A DNA stretch of 63,872 nt, the filler included, from Octopus bimaculoides (lineage: Eukaryota): the NCBI RefSeq assembly GCF_001194135.2. It is 6 parts of 6 records of this genome, joined end to end, with 100 filler letters (N's around TTAATTAATTAA, not from the genome) between each part and the next. Parts side by side here need not be neighbours in the genome. Positions count along the whole stretch, not along the records: positions 49,137 to 58,468 come from NW_026384846.1; positions 58,569 to 62,093 come from NC_069007.1; positions 62,194 to 63,872 come from NW_026327298.1; 3 more parts are not named here. One strand, written 5' to 3'. Under the pieces are notes generated by a model, which did no database searches, was not told where the DNA came from, and worked only from the letters and a program-made list of their open reading frames with translations. Both the position numbers and the translations under genes were made by a program. This document shows positions 51,207-63,126 of this stretch, in pieces (positions within the stretch are counted from its first letter, which is position 1; the number at the start of each line of letters is the position of its first letter).

Positions 51207-52612
51207 TTCTTCTCTTCTCAATTTTAGAGAAATGTTTGACCGGCGGCCACCTACTTGATAGCAAAGTTGAGAAGAAAAGTACCTTCTTTCAACCACCATC
51301 CTTTAAATTTTAAGAAATTCTTATAATTGCGATCATTTTTAGGTCATGAATTAAAGATTCGCATTCTCTCCCCAATGTGCCAAGTTTAGCTACAGACGGG
51401 TTGGTATGTTTCCTGTTGCTCCAATAATAATTAGTACGAACCTGAAATTGTATCTTGGGTATTTGATTTGTAAACTTCTTATCGATGGTCCATAGATGTC
51501 CTCTTTCTCTTGTATTCTTCTAACCATCAGTTGCCAGGGGGCAACTGATTTCCACCAAAGGACATATCTTTTCTTTGTGGTTCCACACAATTATATCAGG
51601 CCGGTTGTGTTTTAACTTGGTGACTGTTTAAATTCCTAAGTTCCACCAGTATTATTTTGACCCATTGGTCTCAATGGTTGGTATTCTCTCTCTCTTTTGT
51701 TTTTGTTTTGTTATTTTCTTCCAAGCCTTTTTGGCCACCGCATTATACTGCAAGGGAAACTGATATATCTGGAAGACATTCTCTCATACTTAGCAATAAT
51801 GTCGTTGATGTGGACCGCTTGTTCTAAATATTGTATTGATATAATCTTCAAAGTAGGCTGTCATAAACTTGTCGGTACTCCATGCTAAGCTATTGACATG
51901 ATCAATCCCTTCTATAGCTTGTGTTTTACGTGCCAAATACCCATGTAATGTTTTCTCAGTGGACTGGTCTATTTTTTTCCGTTGTTCTGATAAATAGATT
52001 TTACCAAATTATGTGTCACCTCTAATTTCATACCTCTCCTCGAGTCCATTAGGCATCCTAATTATGTTGTTGGTTTCGTAGTCACAAACTTGGGCAAGAT
52101 AGTTACTGGTCTCTTTTCTCTGTTGAAAATGTTTTAGTATCACAATCCGTGCTTCATATGACATCAGTATAGATTTGAGACCACGGTCACCTTCTTTGCG
52201 TGGGAAGTATAGCCTGTCTACATCTCCGTTATGTTGAAGTTTCCTGTATCACTGAGCTGCTAGCGAGTTTGAACATCTATCTCACTGAGTTATTGTGACT
52301 AGTTCAGAAGGCCAAAAATAGACGTGAGGACAGACATTGCAAAGGTGTTGTGGGCAATATGCTTGTTGTAAATTAAATTCTGATGATCATATTCTCTTTA
52401 CTCTCCTGCGGTATTCATTCTTGGTCCTCTCTTTATTTACGGGTCCATCATGACTGTCACTCTCATCTTGTCCGAGATATTGATAATTGTCACCTGACTG
52501 TAACGGTTATATTTTCAAGAGTTCATTCTTAGGTTTTCAGAGATGGTCACAACTATTCCACGTTTGGACTCACCAAATTTCATTCCAATGTTTGTAGGAA
52601 ATTTGATTATAT
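51207..52612 (-). mobile_element. R4/Dong-like non-LTR retrotransposon (RT to RLE), decayed
   Basis: Manual translation IGMKFGESK..GDNYQYLGQDE..VNKERTKNEYRRRVKRI..HNTFAMSVL..DVDRLYFPRKEGDRGLKS..RRIQEKEDIYGPSIRSLQIKYPRYNFRFVLIIIGATG. The 3'UTR is homologous to 55390-55574. Confidence 0.85.
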
Positions 52613-52646
52613 GGTAATAATAACAATAATAATAATAATAATAATA

Positions 52647-52683
<37 letters not shown>

Positions 52684-52686
<3 letters not shown>

Positions 52687-52888
52687 CAAATTTTGGCACT
52701 AGGCCAGCAATTTCGGAGTGGGAGTAAGTCGATTACACCGATCCCAGTACTCCAATGGTACTTATTTTATCGACCCCGAAAGAACGAAAGGTAAAGTCGA
52801 CCTCAGCGGAATTTGAACTAAAAACGTGAAGACAGACGAAATGCCGCTAAGCATTTTGTCCGGCGTGGTAATGATTCTGCCAGCTCGT
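52684..52888 (-). mobile_element. SINE family B with (ATC)n(ATT)n tail interrupting the RLE LINE
   Basis: Homology to 12373-12603; tail at 52615-52683. Confidence 0.88.
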
Positions 52889-52899
52889 GAATAGTATGA

Positions 52900-53750
52900 C
52901 AGTGGTTTCTTGATGATACAGAAGGTCTCAAACGGATATAATAAAATTTAAAGAACTTCGGTAACGACGGACTTCTGTAGATGTTTTGCATGGAGAAACG
53001 TTTTGTACAAATACCAATTAAGGAACGGAAGAAAAAAATCGCTTATTGATGTAGAGTCCAGACTCTTCTATGAAATGTTCTTGGGTTACAATGAGTAATT
53101 GAGGGCGCAGAGCTTATGTATGGTTGTCAAATAAAATCTCATGTTTAGAAAGGGATCCCATTTTCAAGCCGTTCCAGAAATCTTGGTTTATTAGATATTT
53201 GTTAAACCCGGCAAAAGCCTGGGAATTTCATTTCGTTCATATTATGATATTGTCCTTAATAAAAGATGAGTTCTTCCGCAGCAAAGAGTTTCTACTCTTC
53301 ACTGAAGGTGTATTCCGCCTCGTACTTCTCTTTTTGTTTTTAAAAAATATATCTATTCAGACCTTTCAGCTTTAAAAAAATTTTGTTTTGCAGGAGTTCT
53401 GTCTAAATGGTCTCGAGGAGTTGTTTCCTGGTCGTTTAGTTCTCTCTGTTGGTGTTTCTGTGGTTGATTCTTCCTGTCTTCCCCAGTTATGGCTTGGAGA
53501 AGCGGTTCCAATGTTCCCCGGTTCGTCCCTGACAATGAGAATGAGGCAATTTTCTTTGGCGACCCTCGAGTTGTAAATGGCGGCACTTTAAGATCAGAAA
53601 CCTTGAATTTGTATTTCGTTCCTGTAAGTTTTCTTTAAATGAATTTTTCTGCCACTTGTGTAACTGGGACGTCTATATTGGATAATGAGTTTTAAGGTCT
53701 TCCTCTTAGCGTTCTCTGGTCACATTTAAATAACAAAACAATAAATAATA
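52900..53750 (-). pseudogene. Probable upstream remnant of the same RLE LINE
   Basis: Weak RT-domain-1-like YLTTIHKL../VTQEHFIEESGL; same strand and colinear with 51207-52612. Confidence 0.35.
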
Positions 53751-54169
53751 CAACATAATTATTTCAAACAATCATAATATTTTACAAGTTATTATAATTA
53801 TTTCAATAATAACAGTAAACATTTTTTTTTACTACACAGTCAAGTCTGCACGAAGATAGAAAAATACACCATTCAAAAATCGGACATTAATCACGAAATA
53901 TAAATTCTATCTTTTATACATGAGAAAACATGCACTATTTATTCATTTTTTTTTCAAGATGCTACAATAATTTACATAATTACTCTAAATTAATTATTTT
54001 TCTAATCAATAATTTCATCACTATCATGTATTGCAATGTTTGGGTGGTAGACAATATTCTTAGATTTTGGTGGGGCGACACAAAGAAGAAATTCCTGTAG
54101 CAGTGTATGAGTTCTGACATTACTGTTAAAGCCTTTACTGCTGCTAGCCACTCGACTACTGACCATTCT

Positions 54170-54680
54170 ATGGCCATTTATCACTTTCTTACTGTCCATT
54201 AACCCCGAGGACAAATAAATAAAAGAAAAACACAATATAGTAGAAACCATAGCCATACATAACAAAAGGAGTACTGATGGAATGTCCCAGTGAAGACTTC
54301 AATAAAATGTAAGTACAACAGACCTGATATAATGATTTGGGACAGAGAAGAGAAACTGTGCAGGGTTTCGGAAATTAGCTGCCCAGCAAATGTTCAAATA
54401 AAGCTAATGATCATTGAAAAAGAGAACACCTATGCTGAACTACTGAGAAATCTGCAGTTACTCTATCCAGATTACAAGTTCAGGTTTATACCTGTAATTA
54501 TTGGGACACTGGGATATGTAACACATTTCCGAAGACTACAAATTCAATCCATCAATGACACTGTAAAAATCTGTAAAACTTTCCAGAAATTTATCATTTA
54601 AATATATATGAGCATGTCTAGATATGCAACTATGTGCATGAGAAGATATACAGAAAACAAAACATACAAATCTACACGTA
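54170..54680 (+). mobile_element. RLE non-LTR retrotransposon 3' end (restriction-like endonuclease)
   Basis: ORF 54290..54601: (WNVP)VKTSIKCKYNRPDIMIWDREEKLCRVSEISCPAN..EKENTYAELL..FIPVIIGTLGYV..TVKICKTFQKFII*, an RPD-x13-E PD-(D/E)xK motif. Followed by (CATA)n. Confidence 0.92.
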
Positions 54681-55148
54681 TGCATGCATACATACATACA
54701 TACATACATACATACATACATACACACATCAGCTGTCCTCTGGACACGAATGCGGTTAGAAAAATACAAGAGACAGANNNNNNNNNNNNNNNNNNNNNNN
54801 NNNNNNNNNNNNNNNNNNNNNNNNNNNNNNNNNNNNNNNNNNNNNNNNNNNNNNNNNNNNNNNNNNNNNNNNNNNNNNNNNNNNNNNNNNNNNNNNNNNN
54901 NNNNNNNNNNNNNNNNNNNNNNNNNNNNNNNNNNNNNNNNNNNNNNNNNNNNNNNNNNNNNNNNNNNNNNNNNNNNNNNNNNNNNNNNNNNNNNNNNNNN
55001 NNNNNNNNNNNNNNNNNNNNNNNNNNNNNNNNNNNNNNNNNNNNNNTATTGGCAAGAAATTTTGAAATAAAACTGAACAATGACATACATACATACATAC
55101 ATAACATACATACATACATACATACATACATGCATCATACATACATAC

Positions 55149-55179
<31 letters not shown>

Positions 55180-55248
55180 CATACATACTTACATGCATAC
55201 ATACATACATACATACATACATACATACATACATACATACATACACAC

Positions 55249-55574
55249 ATCAGCTGTCCTCTGGACACGAATGCGGTTAGAAAAATACAAGAGACAGAGA
55301 ACATCTATGGATCCTTGATAAGGAGTTTACAAATCCGGTACCCAAGACACATATCAACCCGTTTGGAGCAAAATACGGCTAATTTGCAATCTTGGTGGGA
55401 GAGAATGCAAATCCTTAATTCATATGATCGCGATGTCTGGGAGTATAAAAATCTGCAACACCTTTTTAAGATTTAAAAGATGACAGTTAAATCTAGATAC
55501 TTTCCTTCACAAACTTGCTACCAAGTCGGTGACCGGTCAAAATTTACACTAAATTAAAAACAGAAAGAGAAAAA
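55249..55574 (+). mobile_element. 5'-truncated RLE LINE, same family as 51207-52612
   Basis: ISCPLDTNAVRKIQETENIYGSLIRSLQIRYPR; 3'UTR homologous to the reverse complement of 51207-51390. Preceded by (CATA)n and followed by CATA-like repeats. Confidence 0.82.
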
Positions 55575-55904
55575 CATATATACATACATTCACACACCCG
55601 TACATATATGCATACATAAGTATATGTATACATCTACTTTAATTTATTAGGATGTTAAAACATGTTAAAAAGTAAATTACTCTAAAAAAAAAAAAAGAAA
55701 GTATGGTCGCTTGGTTAAGAAGTTTGCTTCTCACCATATATTTTTAGGTTCAGTCCCACTACGTTCTCAATTATTTTTCACCTGTGGAACTTTTGATTCC
55801 TATTTTACCGAGATGGACACTCACAGCCATTCATATATACGCATTTATTAGGATATTTAAAAAAAACAAAACAATCCTATTATATTTTTTATAATTAAAT
55901 ATTA

Positions 55905-56530
55905 TTAGGAGGCTGTGTGGTAAGAAGCTAGGCACAGGAGTGAGTGTGTGGTAAGAAGCTTGCTTCCCAACCACATGGTTCCGGGTTCAGTCCCACTGCG
56001 TGGTACCTTAGGCAAGTGTCTTCTACTATAGCCTCAGCCTTGCTGACCAAAGCCTTGTGAGTGCATTTGGTAGATGGAAATTGAAAGAAGCCCGTCGTAT
56101 ATATATATTACTAGGCTAACAAAGAATATGTCCTGGGGTCGATTTGTTCGACTAAAGGTGGTGCTCCAGCATGAAACAAGTAAAAGAATAAATTGTTAAA
56201 ATGTCTTCCGTATTGTAGAAGTGTATCCAGTTTATTGCCCATAAAAATTTTAAGAGCAAAAACTTATATGGACCCTACCCAAAGGGCATATGGACCCTCG
56301 TTGAGAAGCACTGGTTAATAGTCACGGATCGATTTATACTTTCTGAGTGAATTTGGTAAACGGACACGATGCGGAAGCGCGTCATATATTCATATACATG
56401 CATGTGGCTGTGTGGTAAGAAGTTTGCTTCCCAAGCACATGGTTCCGACTTCAGTCCTACTGCGTGGAACGTTTGGCATGCGTCTTCTAATATAGCCTCG
56501 GGCCAACTGAAGCCCTGTGAGTGGATTTGA
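55905..56530 (+). mobile_element. Two SINE family A copies (55905-56190 with duplicated head and deleted middle; 56395-56530 head)
   Basis: GTGTGGTAAGAAGCT repeated; GGTTCCGGGTTCAGTCCCACTGCGTGG. Confidence 0.82.
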
Positions 56531-56578
56531 GGTAATTATGCGCATAAACAAATTAAATATGATAATTCTCTCGTTTTG

Positions 56579-56633
56579 CATGTATAAACATACTTCATGT
56601 ATAAACATACTTCATGTATAAACATACTTCATG
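56579..56633. repeat. 17-bp tandem repeat x3
   Basis: (CATGTATAAACATACTT)3. Confidence 0.95.
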
Positions 56634-57620
56634 CCCAAACTATTATATTATATTTAATATATTTAATTTGTTTATCCGCATAATTGCCTCTATATGTTCA
56701 TATGTACGTATATTTCTAATCTAGTGATACTATGCCCTTGGACAGGTGCTATGCATGTGAACATTCTCCAGCATTCTATACGACCTTGGAGGGCCCGGTT
56801 ACTGGAACTCTGGCAACCATGACAAGAATTAGGATGAATACTAGAATGGTTTCCCATTACCCTCTCCAGGCAGCATTCGAACTCAGGATGTAGAGAGCCG
56901 GAAGATATACTGTAAAGCATTGCTGTTGATCAATCACTCTGTCACTCAGTCACTCTCACACCCACATAGCAATGTGAAATGAAATATTTTGCTCAAGAAC
57001 ACAACGCGCCGTTCGATCCGAAAATCGAAGCTGAAGAAGTAAATTAAAATACCAAAATGACAGGAAAATATAAAAATTATTACTCCTAAAATACTATACA
57101 TGTGTGATTCACTGCAGAAGTTCACGAAGAACAATATTTCTTGTGAAGATATGAGGAGGTGAATTTTCAGTCAGTAATTTCAAAGTGTTTCTAACCTAAC
57201 TCTAACTCTAACCCTAACTCAGATCAGGTCATTTCACAGTGTACACTACAGATAGAACGGAAGACAGTGCACTAAAGTAGCACCGAGACTTCTTATAGCT
57301 GCTGCCATGCTGGGGGAATCATCTGGATTTATGAATAATGAAACATTATAAGACAATTATGATAGCAAAATGAACTTCCGATAATAAAAAATAAGGAGAA
57401 CAACTCCAGCAAGTGAGTGGAGACCTTCTTTGAAAGTTTAGTGAGATTTTTATTGGTCATAGTGGTAAAAACAAATTAAAAATGAGTACCATTGTTTTAT
57501 AGTACGGCTGCAACTTTCCTGAAAAGAACCGTTCGGGCTACAATAATGATGAAGAAATCTCGTATAAATATTGCGATGCATGGCAAATCGTCAAAATTTA
57601 TGAATACTAAAACATTAACT

Positions 57621-57740
57621 ACATGGTTCCGGGTTCAGTCCCACTGCGTGGCACCTTGGGCAATTGTCTTCCACTATAACCTCGGCCCGACCAAAGCCTT
57701 GTGAGTGGATTTGGTAGACGGAAACTGAAAGAAGCCTGTC

Positions 57741-57778
<38 letters not shown>

Positions 57779-58006
57779 GTATGTGTGTGTATATGTTTGC
57801 GTGTCTGTGTTTGTCCCCCCAACATCGCTTGACAACCGATGCTGGTGTGTTTACGACCCCGTAACTTAGCGGTTTGGCAAAAGAGACCAGTAGAATAAGT
57901 ACTAGGCTTCCAAAGAATAAGTCCTGGGGTCGATTTGTTCGACTAAAGGTGGTGCTCCAGCATGGCCACAGTCAAATGACTGAAACAAGTAAAAGAGTAA
58001 AAGAGT
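57621..58006 (+). mobile_element. SINE family A, nearly full length
   Basis: Near-identical to 5764-6177. Confidence 0.92.
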
Positions 58007-58426
58007 ATTAAGAAAGCAGAATGAACTTTTAAATACAAAAAACAGACAGAATAACTAAATTGAGACGCTGTTGTAGTAAGAAAGTAGAAACTCTTTTGGT
58101 CAATTCAGGAAACTTCAAACTTAAGCATTATGAGACAAATACAAAAAATAAACAGAATGACTCCAACTCGTGTCGAATGATTTAGAAAGTAAATTCCATA
58201 AAGTAGAACAAATCCAATAGCATCAGACGCTAAACTGTTACTTACAAAAGAAGTGTCTGTATAAAGACACGAAACGTATTATATATATTGATTATTTTCG
58301 TAAAAACCTCAAACCTCGTCACATACAAAGATTATCAAAACTACGGCAATGAACGCAGTCTTGTAAACTTTTTAGCAATTATCCCTCCATAATCCCCAAT
58401 TATATTTGCTCAAATATGTTTTGTAA

Positions 58427-58468
<42 letters not shown>

Positions 58469-58687
58469 NNNNNNNNNNNNNNNNNNNNNNNNNNNNNNNN
58501 NNNNNNNNNNNNTTAATTAATTAANNNNNNNNNNNNNNNNNNNNNNNNNNNNNNNNNNNNNNNNNNNNAACACTTTCAATACAGTAACCCTAAGAGCACC
58601 ACAGCAAACCACAGCACATACCCAAGGCGCACAGAGCTGCGCTCGGTAGTGAAGTGAAAGTACGTTATAAAAATAAAACTACTGAAC

Positions 58688-58759
<72 letters not shown>

Positions 58760-58818
58760 AAGAAGAAGAAGAAGAAGAAGAAGAAGAAGAAGGAGGAGGA
58801 GGAGGAGGAGGAGGCAGC

Positions 58819-59361
58819 AAATTGTCTCCGAAAGAATACAAGGGAAGGTATGAATGACAATGTCACCGGAATGGTTCACTGGGAATTATGTAACAAGGCA
58901 AGAAATATGATGTGAACTTAAACCAAGTGTGTAGTTGAAAAAATTGATAGAGACCTTGGGACTTCATAATCCAATGTAATCATAGAAGCGGGAAAACTGA
59001 TATTGTCCTGGTAGACAAAGGAGAAAAAGTCGCGTCAGTTCATAGATATCGCTTGCTCCCATTGAAAAAGGAGAAAAATTGACTAGAGACATCAAAAAGC
59101 TATAGTCAATGGAAACAGTGTATATTGTGCCAATAATTGTTGGTGTTCTAGGTACAATGACAAAGAAATTTTTAAATGGTTGAGAAAGATAGGCAGAAAA
59201 TGAAAGTAGAGAACATACAGAAAGCTGCATCATTCGGGAGTGCACGAAGGCTCCACAAAGTCTTCGACACTTGAAAAGGATGTTTTACCTTTAGTTCAGT
59301 GAAGTGAACAGCTGGTACATTTATGACACCTCCAGCAACAAGTTAAGTTAGATATAATAAT
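58819..59361 (+). mobile_element. Dong/R4-like RLE LINE 3' end (distinct family)
   Basis: Frameshifted PKEYK..DNVTGMVHWELCNK..WDFIIQC..DIVLVDK..FIDIAC..IVPIIVGVLGT..IQKAASFGSARRLHKVFDT*. Preceded by (AAT)n(AAG)n(GAG)n; ends ATAATAAT. Confidence 0.8.
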
Positions 59362-59798
59362 CCGTTCTACTATAGACACAAGGTTTGACATTTTGTGGGG
59401 AGGGGGCTAGTCGATTACATCGACCCAGTGTTTCACTGGTACTTATTTCATCGACTCCGAAAGGATGAAAGCAAAGTTGGCCTCGGCGAAATTTGAACTC
59501 AAAACGTAACGGTTGCGGTAGATAAAATGCCGCTAAGCATTACGCCCGGTGTGCAAACGATTCTTATTTCTTTATTGCCCACAAGGGGCTAAACATAGAG
59601 GAGACAAACAAGGACAGACAAAGGGATTAAGTCGATTACATCGATCCCCAGTGCGTAACTGGTACTTAATTTATCGACCCCGAAAGGATGAACAGCAAAG
59701 TCGACCTCGGCGAAATTTGAGCTCAGAACGTAACGGCAGACGAAATATCGCTAAGCATTTTGCCCGGCGTGCTAGCGATTCTGCCAGCTCGCCGCCTT
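59362..59798 (-). mobile_element. Two tandem SINE family B copies (59362-59560, 59563-59798)
   Basis: Homology to 12373-12603. Confidence 0.9.
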
Positions 59799-60871
59799 AA
59801 TAANNNNNNNNNNNNNNNNNNNNNNNNNNNNNNNNNNNNNNNNNNNNNNNNNNNNNNNNNNNNNNNNNNNNNNNNNNNNNNNNNNNNNNNNNNNNNNNNN
59901 NNNNNNNNNNNNNNNNNNNNNNNNNNNNNNNNNNNNNNNNNNNNNNNNNNNNNNNNNNNNNNNNNNNNNNNNNNNNNNNNNNNNNNNNNNNNNNNNNNNN
60001 NNNNNNNNNNNNNNNNNNNNNNNNNNNNNNNNNNNNNNNNNNNNNNNNNNNNNNNNNNNNNNNNNNNNNNNNNNNNNNNNNNNNNNNNNNNNNNNNNNNN
60101 NNNNNNNNNNNNNNNNNNNNNNNNNNNNNNNNNNNNNNNNNNNNNNNNNNNNNNNNNNNNNNNNNNNNNNNNNNNNNNNNNNNNNNNNNNNNNNNNNNNN
60201 NNNNNNNNNNNNNNNNNNNNNNNNNNNNNNNNNNNNNNNNNNNNNNNNNNNNNNNNNNNNNNNNNNNNNNNNNNNNNNNNNNNNNNNNNNNNNNNNNNNN
60301 NNNNNNNNNNNNNNNNNNNNNNNNNNNNNNNNNNNNNNNNNNNNNNNNNNNNNNNNNNNNNNNNNNNNNNNNNNNNNNNNNNNNNNNNNNNNNNNNNNNN
60401 NNNNNNNNNNNNNNNNNNNNNNNNNNNNNNNNNNNNNNNNNNNNNNNNNNNNNNNNNNNNNNNNNNNNNNNNNNNNNNNNNNNNNNNNNNNNNNNNNNNN
60501 NNNNNNNNNNNNNNNNNNNNNNNNNNNNNNNNNNNNNNNNNNNNNNNNNNNNNNNNNNNNNNNNNNNNNNNNNNNNNNNNNNNNNNNNNNNNNNNNNNNN
60601 NNNNNNNNNNNNNNNNNNNNNNNNNNNNNNNNNNNNNNNNNNNNNNNNNNNNNNNNNNNNNNNNNNNNNNNNNNNNNNNNNNNNNNNNNNNNNNNNNNNN
60701 NNNNNNNNNNNNNNNNNNNNNNNNNNNNNNNNNNNNNNNNNNNNNNNNNNNNNNNNNNNNNGTGGTGGTGGTGGTGGTGGTGGTGTTGGTGGTGGTGGTG
60801 GTGACGGCGGTGTTTTTTTTTTTTTTACATATTTGTATATAATTCAAATTTCAATCAATTTTCTTTTCCAG

Positions 60872-60903
60872 GTTTTAACCGAGGAGAGGCGGGAGATAGT
60901 CCT
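60872..60903 (+). CDS. Candidate 32-nt micro-exon of an unidentified host gene
   Basis: Acceptor CAATTTTCTTTTCCAG|G and donor CCT|GTAAGT. GC/purine-rich interior in AT-rich unique DNA. Open as VLTEERREIVL or (G)FNRGEAGDSP. Confidence 0.4.
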
Positions 60904-61693
60904 GTAAGTATTGAATTTTCATAACTCTAGTATTTTCTACAGATATTAGGAAAGTCATAAACATCTCAACCCCTTCATTTTCTCTGCTCCTTTTTACAAA
61001 AAAAAATATATAAATATCATGACAATATCATAAAAATTGTTTCCCTCGGGATCTAACAATGCTTTTAGTTGCATATTTAACAGACGTTGAGCCACAGTCG
61101 TAGTATTATGCCAGCTGTGAACGGGATTGTAAAGGTGAGGTAGTTACATAATTCATGGTCTGAAGCAAACAATCTTTAATGAAAATTATACATTTAATGA
61201 TGAGAAAATATATCATGTTCAAAAAATGCAGGGGAAGTAATCCTGAAATTTGAATGAATTAAAATTAATAGAACGCAGTAAAAAGTGATTCCGACCTTTA
61301 ACACTTAAGTTTCGGTTTTATTCAACCACATCAGCGAAGCACTGTTTCACCGATTTTCTTGACCTTGGATCTACAAGAGAAGTGGCAAAGGATTACAATG
61401 CCGAATGAGTAGATGTGTATATGTGATGATCGGAAGTAAAATCCTCAGGGATGTTTACTTCAGCACCGTCGCTATAGGCGTGTGATTAAAATGGTGACGA
61501 GGTCCGCTCACAACGAAGTGGTTCAGAGTTCGATCTCACTGTGATATATTGGACAGCTGTGCATCTTCTGTTATACCATGGTGGTGGAGGGAACGATCGA
61601 CACAAACGCTCTCTATCTTTCCCGCTCTCTCTCTCTCACACGCGCGCACTCACACACAGGTACACTCACTCTAGTCATATACGTGTCTAAGTT

Positions 61694-61724
<31 letters not shown>

Positions 61725-61783
61725 NNNNNNNNNNCATGTGGGTATATTTATATTATATCGCTCTATGTATGAATGCAAGTATG

Positions 61784-61814
<31 letters not shown>

Positions 61815-62056
61815 TGCATGCATATATGTATGCGTATATACATGTATGCATACATACATGCATGTATGCATGCATGTATTTATGTAGGTGTAAATTAGAA
61901 AGGCAGCACAAAAGAGCAAGAAAAATAAAAAGGAGATTACGAGAAAAACGAAAAGAAACACTAATGAACGGAAGTATGCTGAACCTCTCGTCAGTTGTCA
62001 AGCAGGCAAATGTCATAATAGTTTCGACATACATATACGTACATATATATGCATAC

Positions 62057-62093
<37 letters not shown>

Positions 62094-62409
62094 NNNNNNN
62101 NNNNNNNNNNNNNNNNNNNNNNNNNNNNNNNNNNNNNTTAATTAATTAANNNNNNNNNNNNNNNNNNNNNNNNNNNNNNNNNNNNNNNNNNNNTATACAT
62201 ATGTATATATATATATGTGTGTGTGTATGTGTTTTCAGCGTTTACAAATAACGCGGAAAAATTAAATACTTAATAGGGTAGCAAAATTTCACACAGATAC
62301 CAAGGATGTGACAGCCTACTTATAAAGGTAAAAACTCCAGGTTTAGGTGAAATGTTCTTAAATAATATAAATAAATGAAGTTAAACGCAAGTATTATTTA
62401 AAGCTTTTT

Positions 62410-62452
62410 ACTTCCGACATATGTTTCGAAGAAAACATTGGTATTATTCCAG
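62410..62452 (-). ncRNA. 3' half of a type I hammerhead (5' half presumably in the gap)
   Basis: Minus strand CTTC-GAAAC-ATAT-GTC-GGAAG; homologous to 63060-63081. Confidence 0.55.
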
Positions 62453-63059
62453 ANNNNNNNNNNNNNNNNNNNNNNNNNNNNNNNNNNNNNNNNNNNNNNN
62501 NNNNNNNNNNNNNNNNNNNNNNNNNNNNNNNNNNNNNNNNNNNNNNNNNNNNNNNNNNNNNNNNNNNNNNNNNNNNNNNNNNNNNNNNNNNNNNNNNNNN
62601 NNNNNNNNNNNNNNNNNNNNNNNNNNNNNNNNNNNNNNNNNNNNNNNNNNNNNNNNNNNNNNNNNNNNNNNNNNNNNNNNNNNNNNNNNNNNNNNNNNNN
62701 NNNNNNNNNNNNNNNNNNNNNNNNNNNNNNNNNNNNNNNNNNNNNNNNNNNNNNNNNNNNNNNNNNNNNNNNNNNNNNNNNNNNNNNNNNNNNNNNNNNN
62801 NNNNNNNNNNNNNNNNNNNNNNNNNNNNNNNNNNNNNNNNNNNNNNNNNNNNNNNNNNNNNNNNNNNNNNNNNNNNNNNNNNNNNNNNNNNNNNNNNNNN
62901 NNNNNNNNNNNNNNNNNNNNNNNNNNNNNNNNNNNNNNNNNNNNNNNNNNNNNNNNNNNNNNNNNNNNNNNNNNNNNNNNNNNNNNNNNNNNNNNNNNNN
63001 NNNNNNNNNNNNNNNNNNNNNNNNNNNNNNNAAAACGCATATGTTAAATGGATTCTTTT

Positions 63060-63126
63060 ATTTCCAACATATGTTTCGAAGGAATAGGTGATGTTGATAA
63101 GGATGTAATCTTCTCTTCGGGGAAAT
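63060..63126 (-). ncRNA. Type I hammerhead-like motif with palindromic stem III
   Basis: Minus strand ATTTCC-CCGAAGA-GAAG(28 nt)CTTC-GAAAC-ATAT-GTT-GGAAAT: 6-bp stem I, 4-bp stem II, ACATATGT palindrome. U4C variant. Confidence 0.68.

Noticed and set aside
53394-53623. Apparent plus-strand exon (TTTGCAG|..CCT|GTAAGT)
   Set aside because: Stops in all three frames, and it lies antisense within a probable LINE remnant.
57189-57222. Interstitial telomeric repeat (CTAACC-like)
   Set aside because: Only ~5 degenerate units; too short to support.
23431-62149. TTAATTAATTAA islands inside N runs (23431, 39482, 49081, 58513, 62138)
   Set aside because: Identical 12-mer with stops in all six frames and flanked by Ns: a contig-joining linker, not biology.
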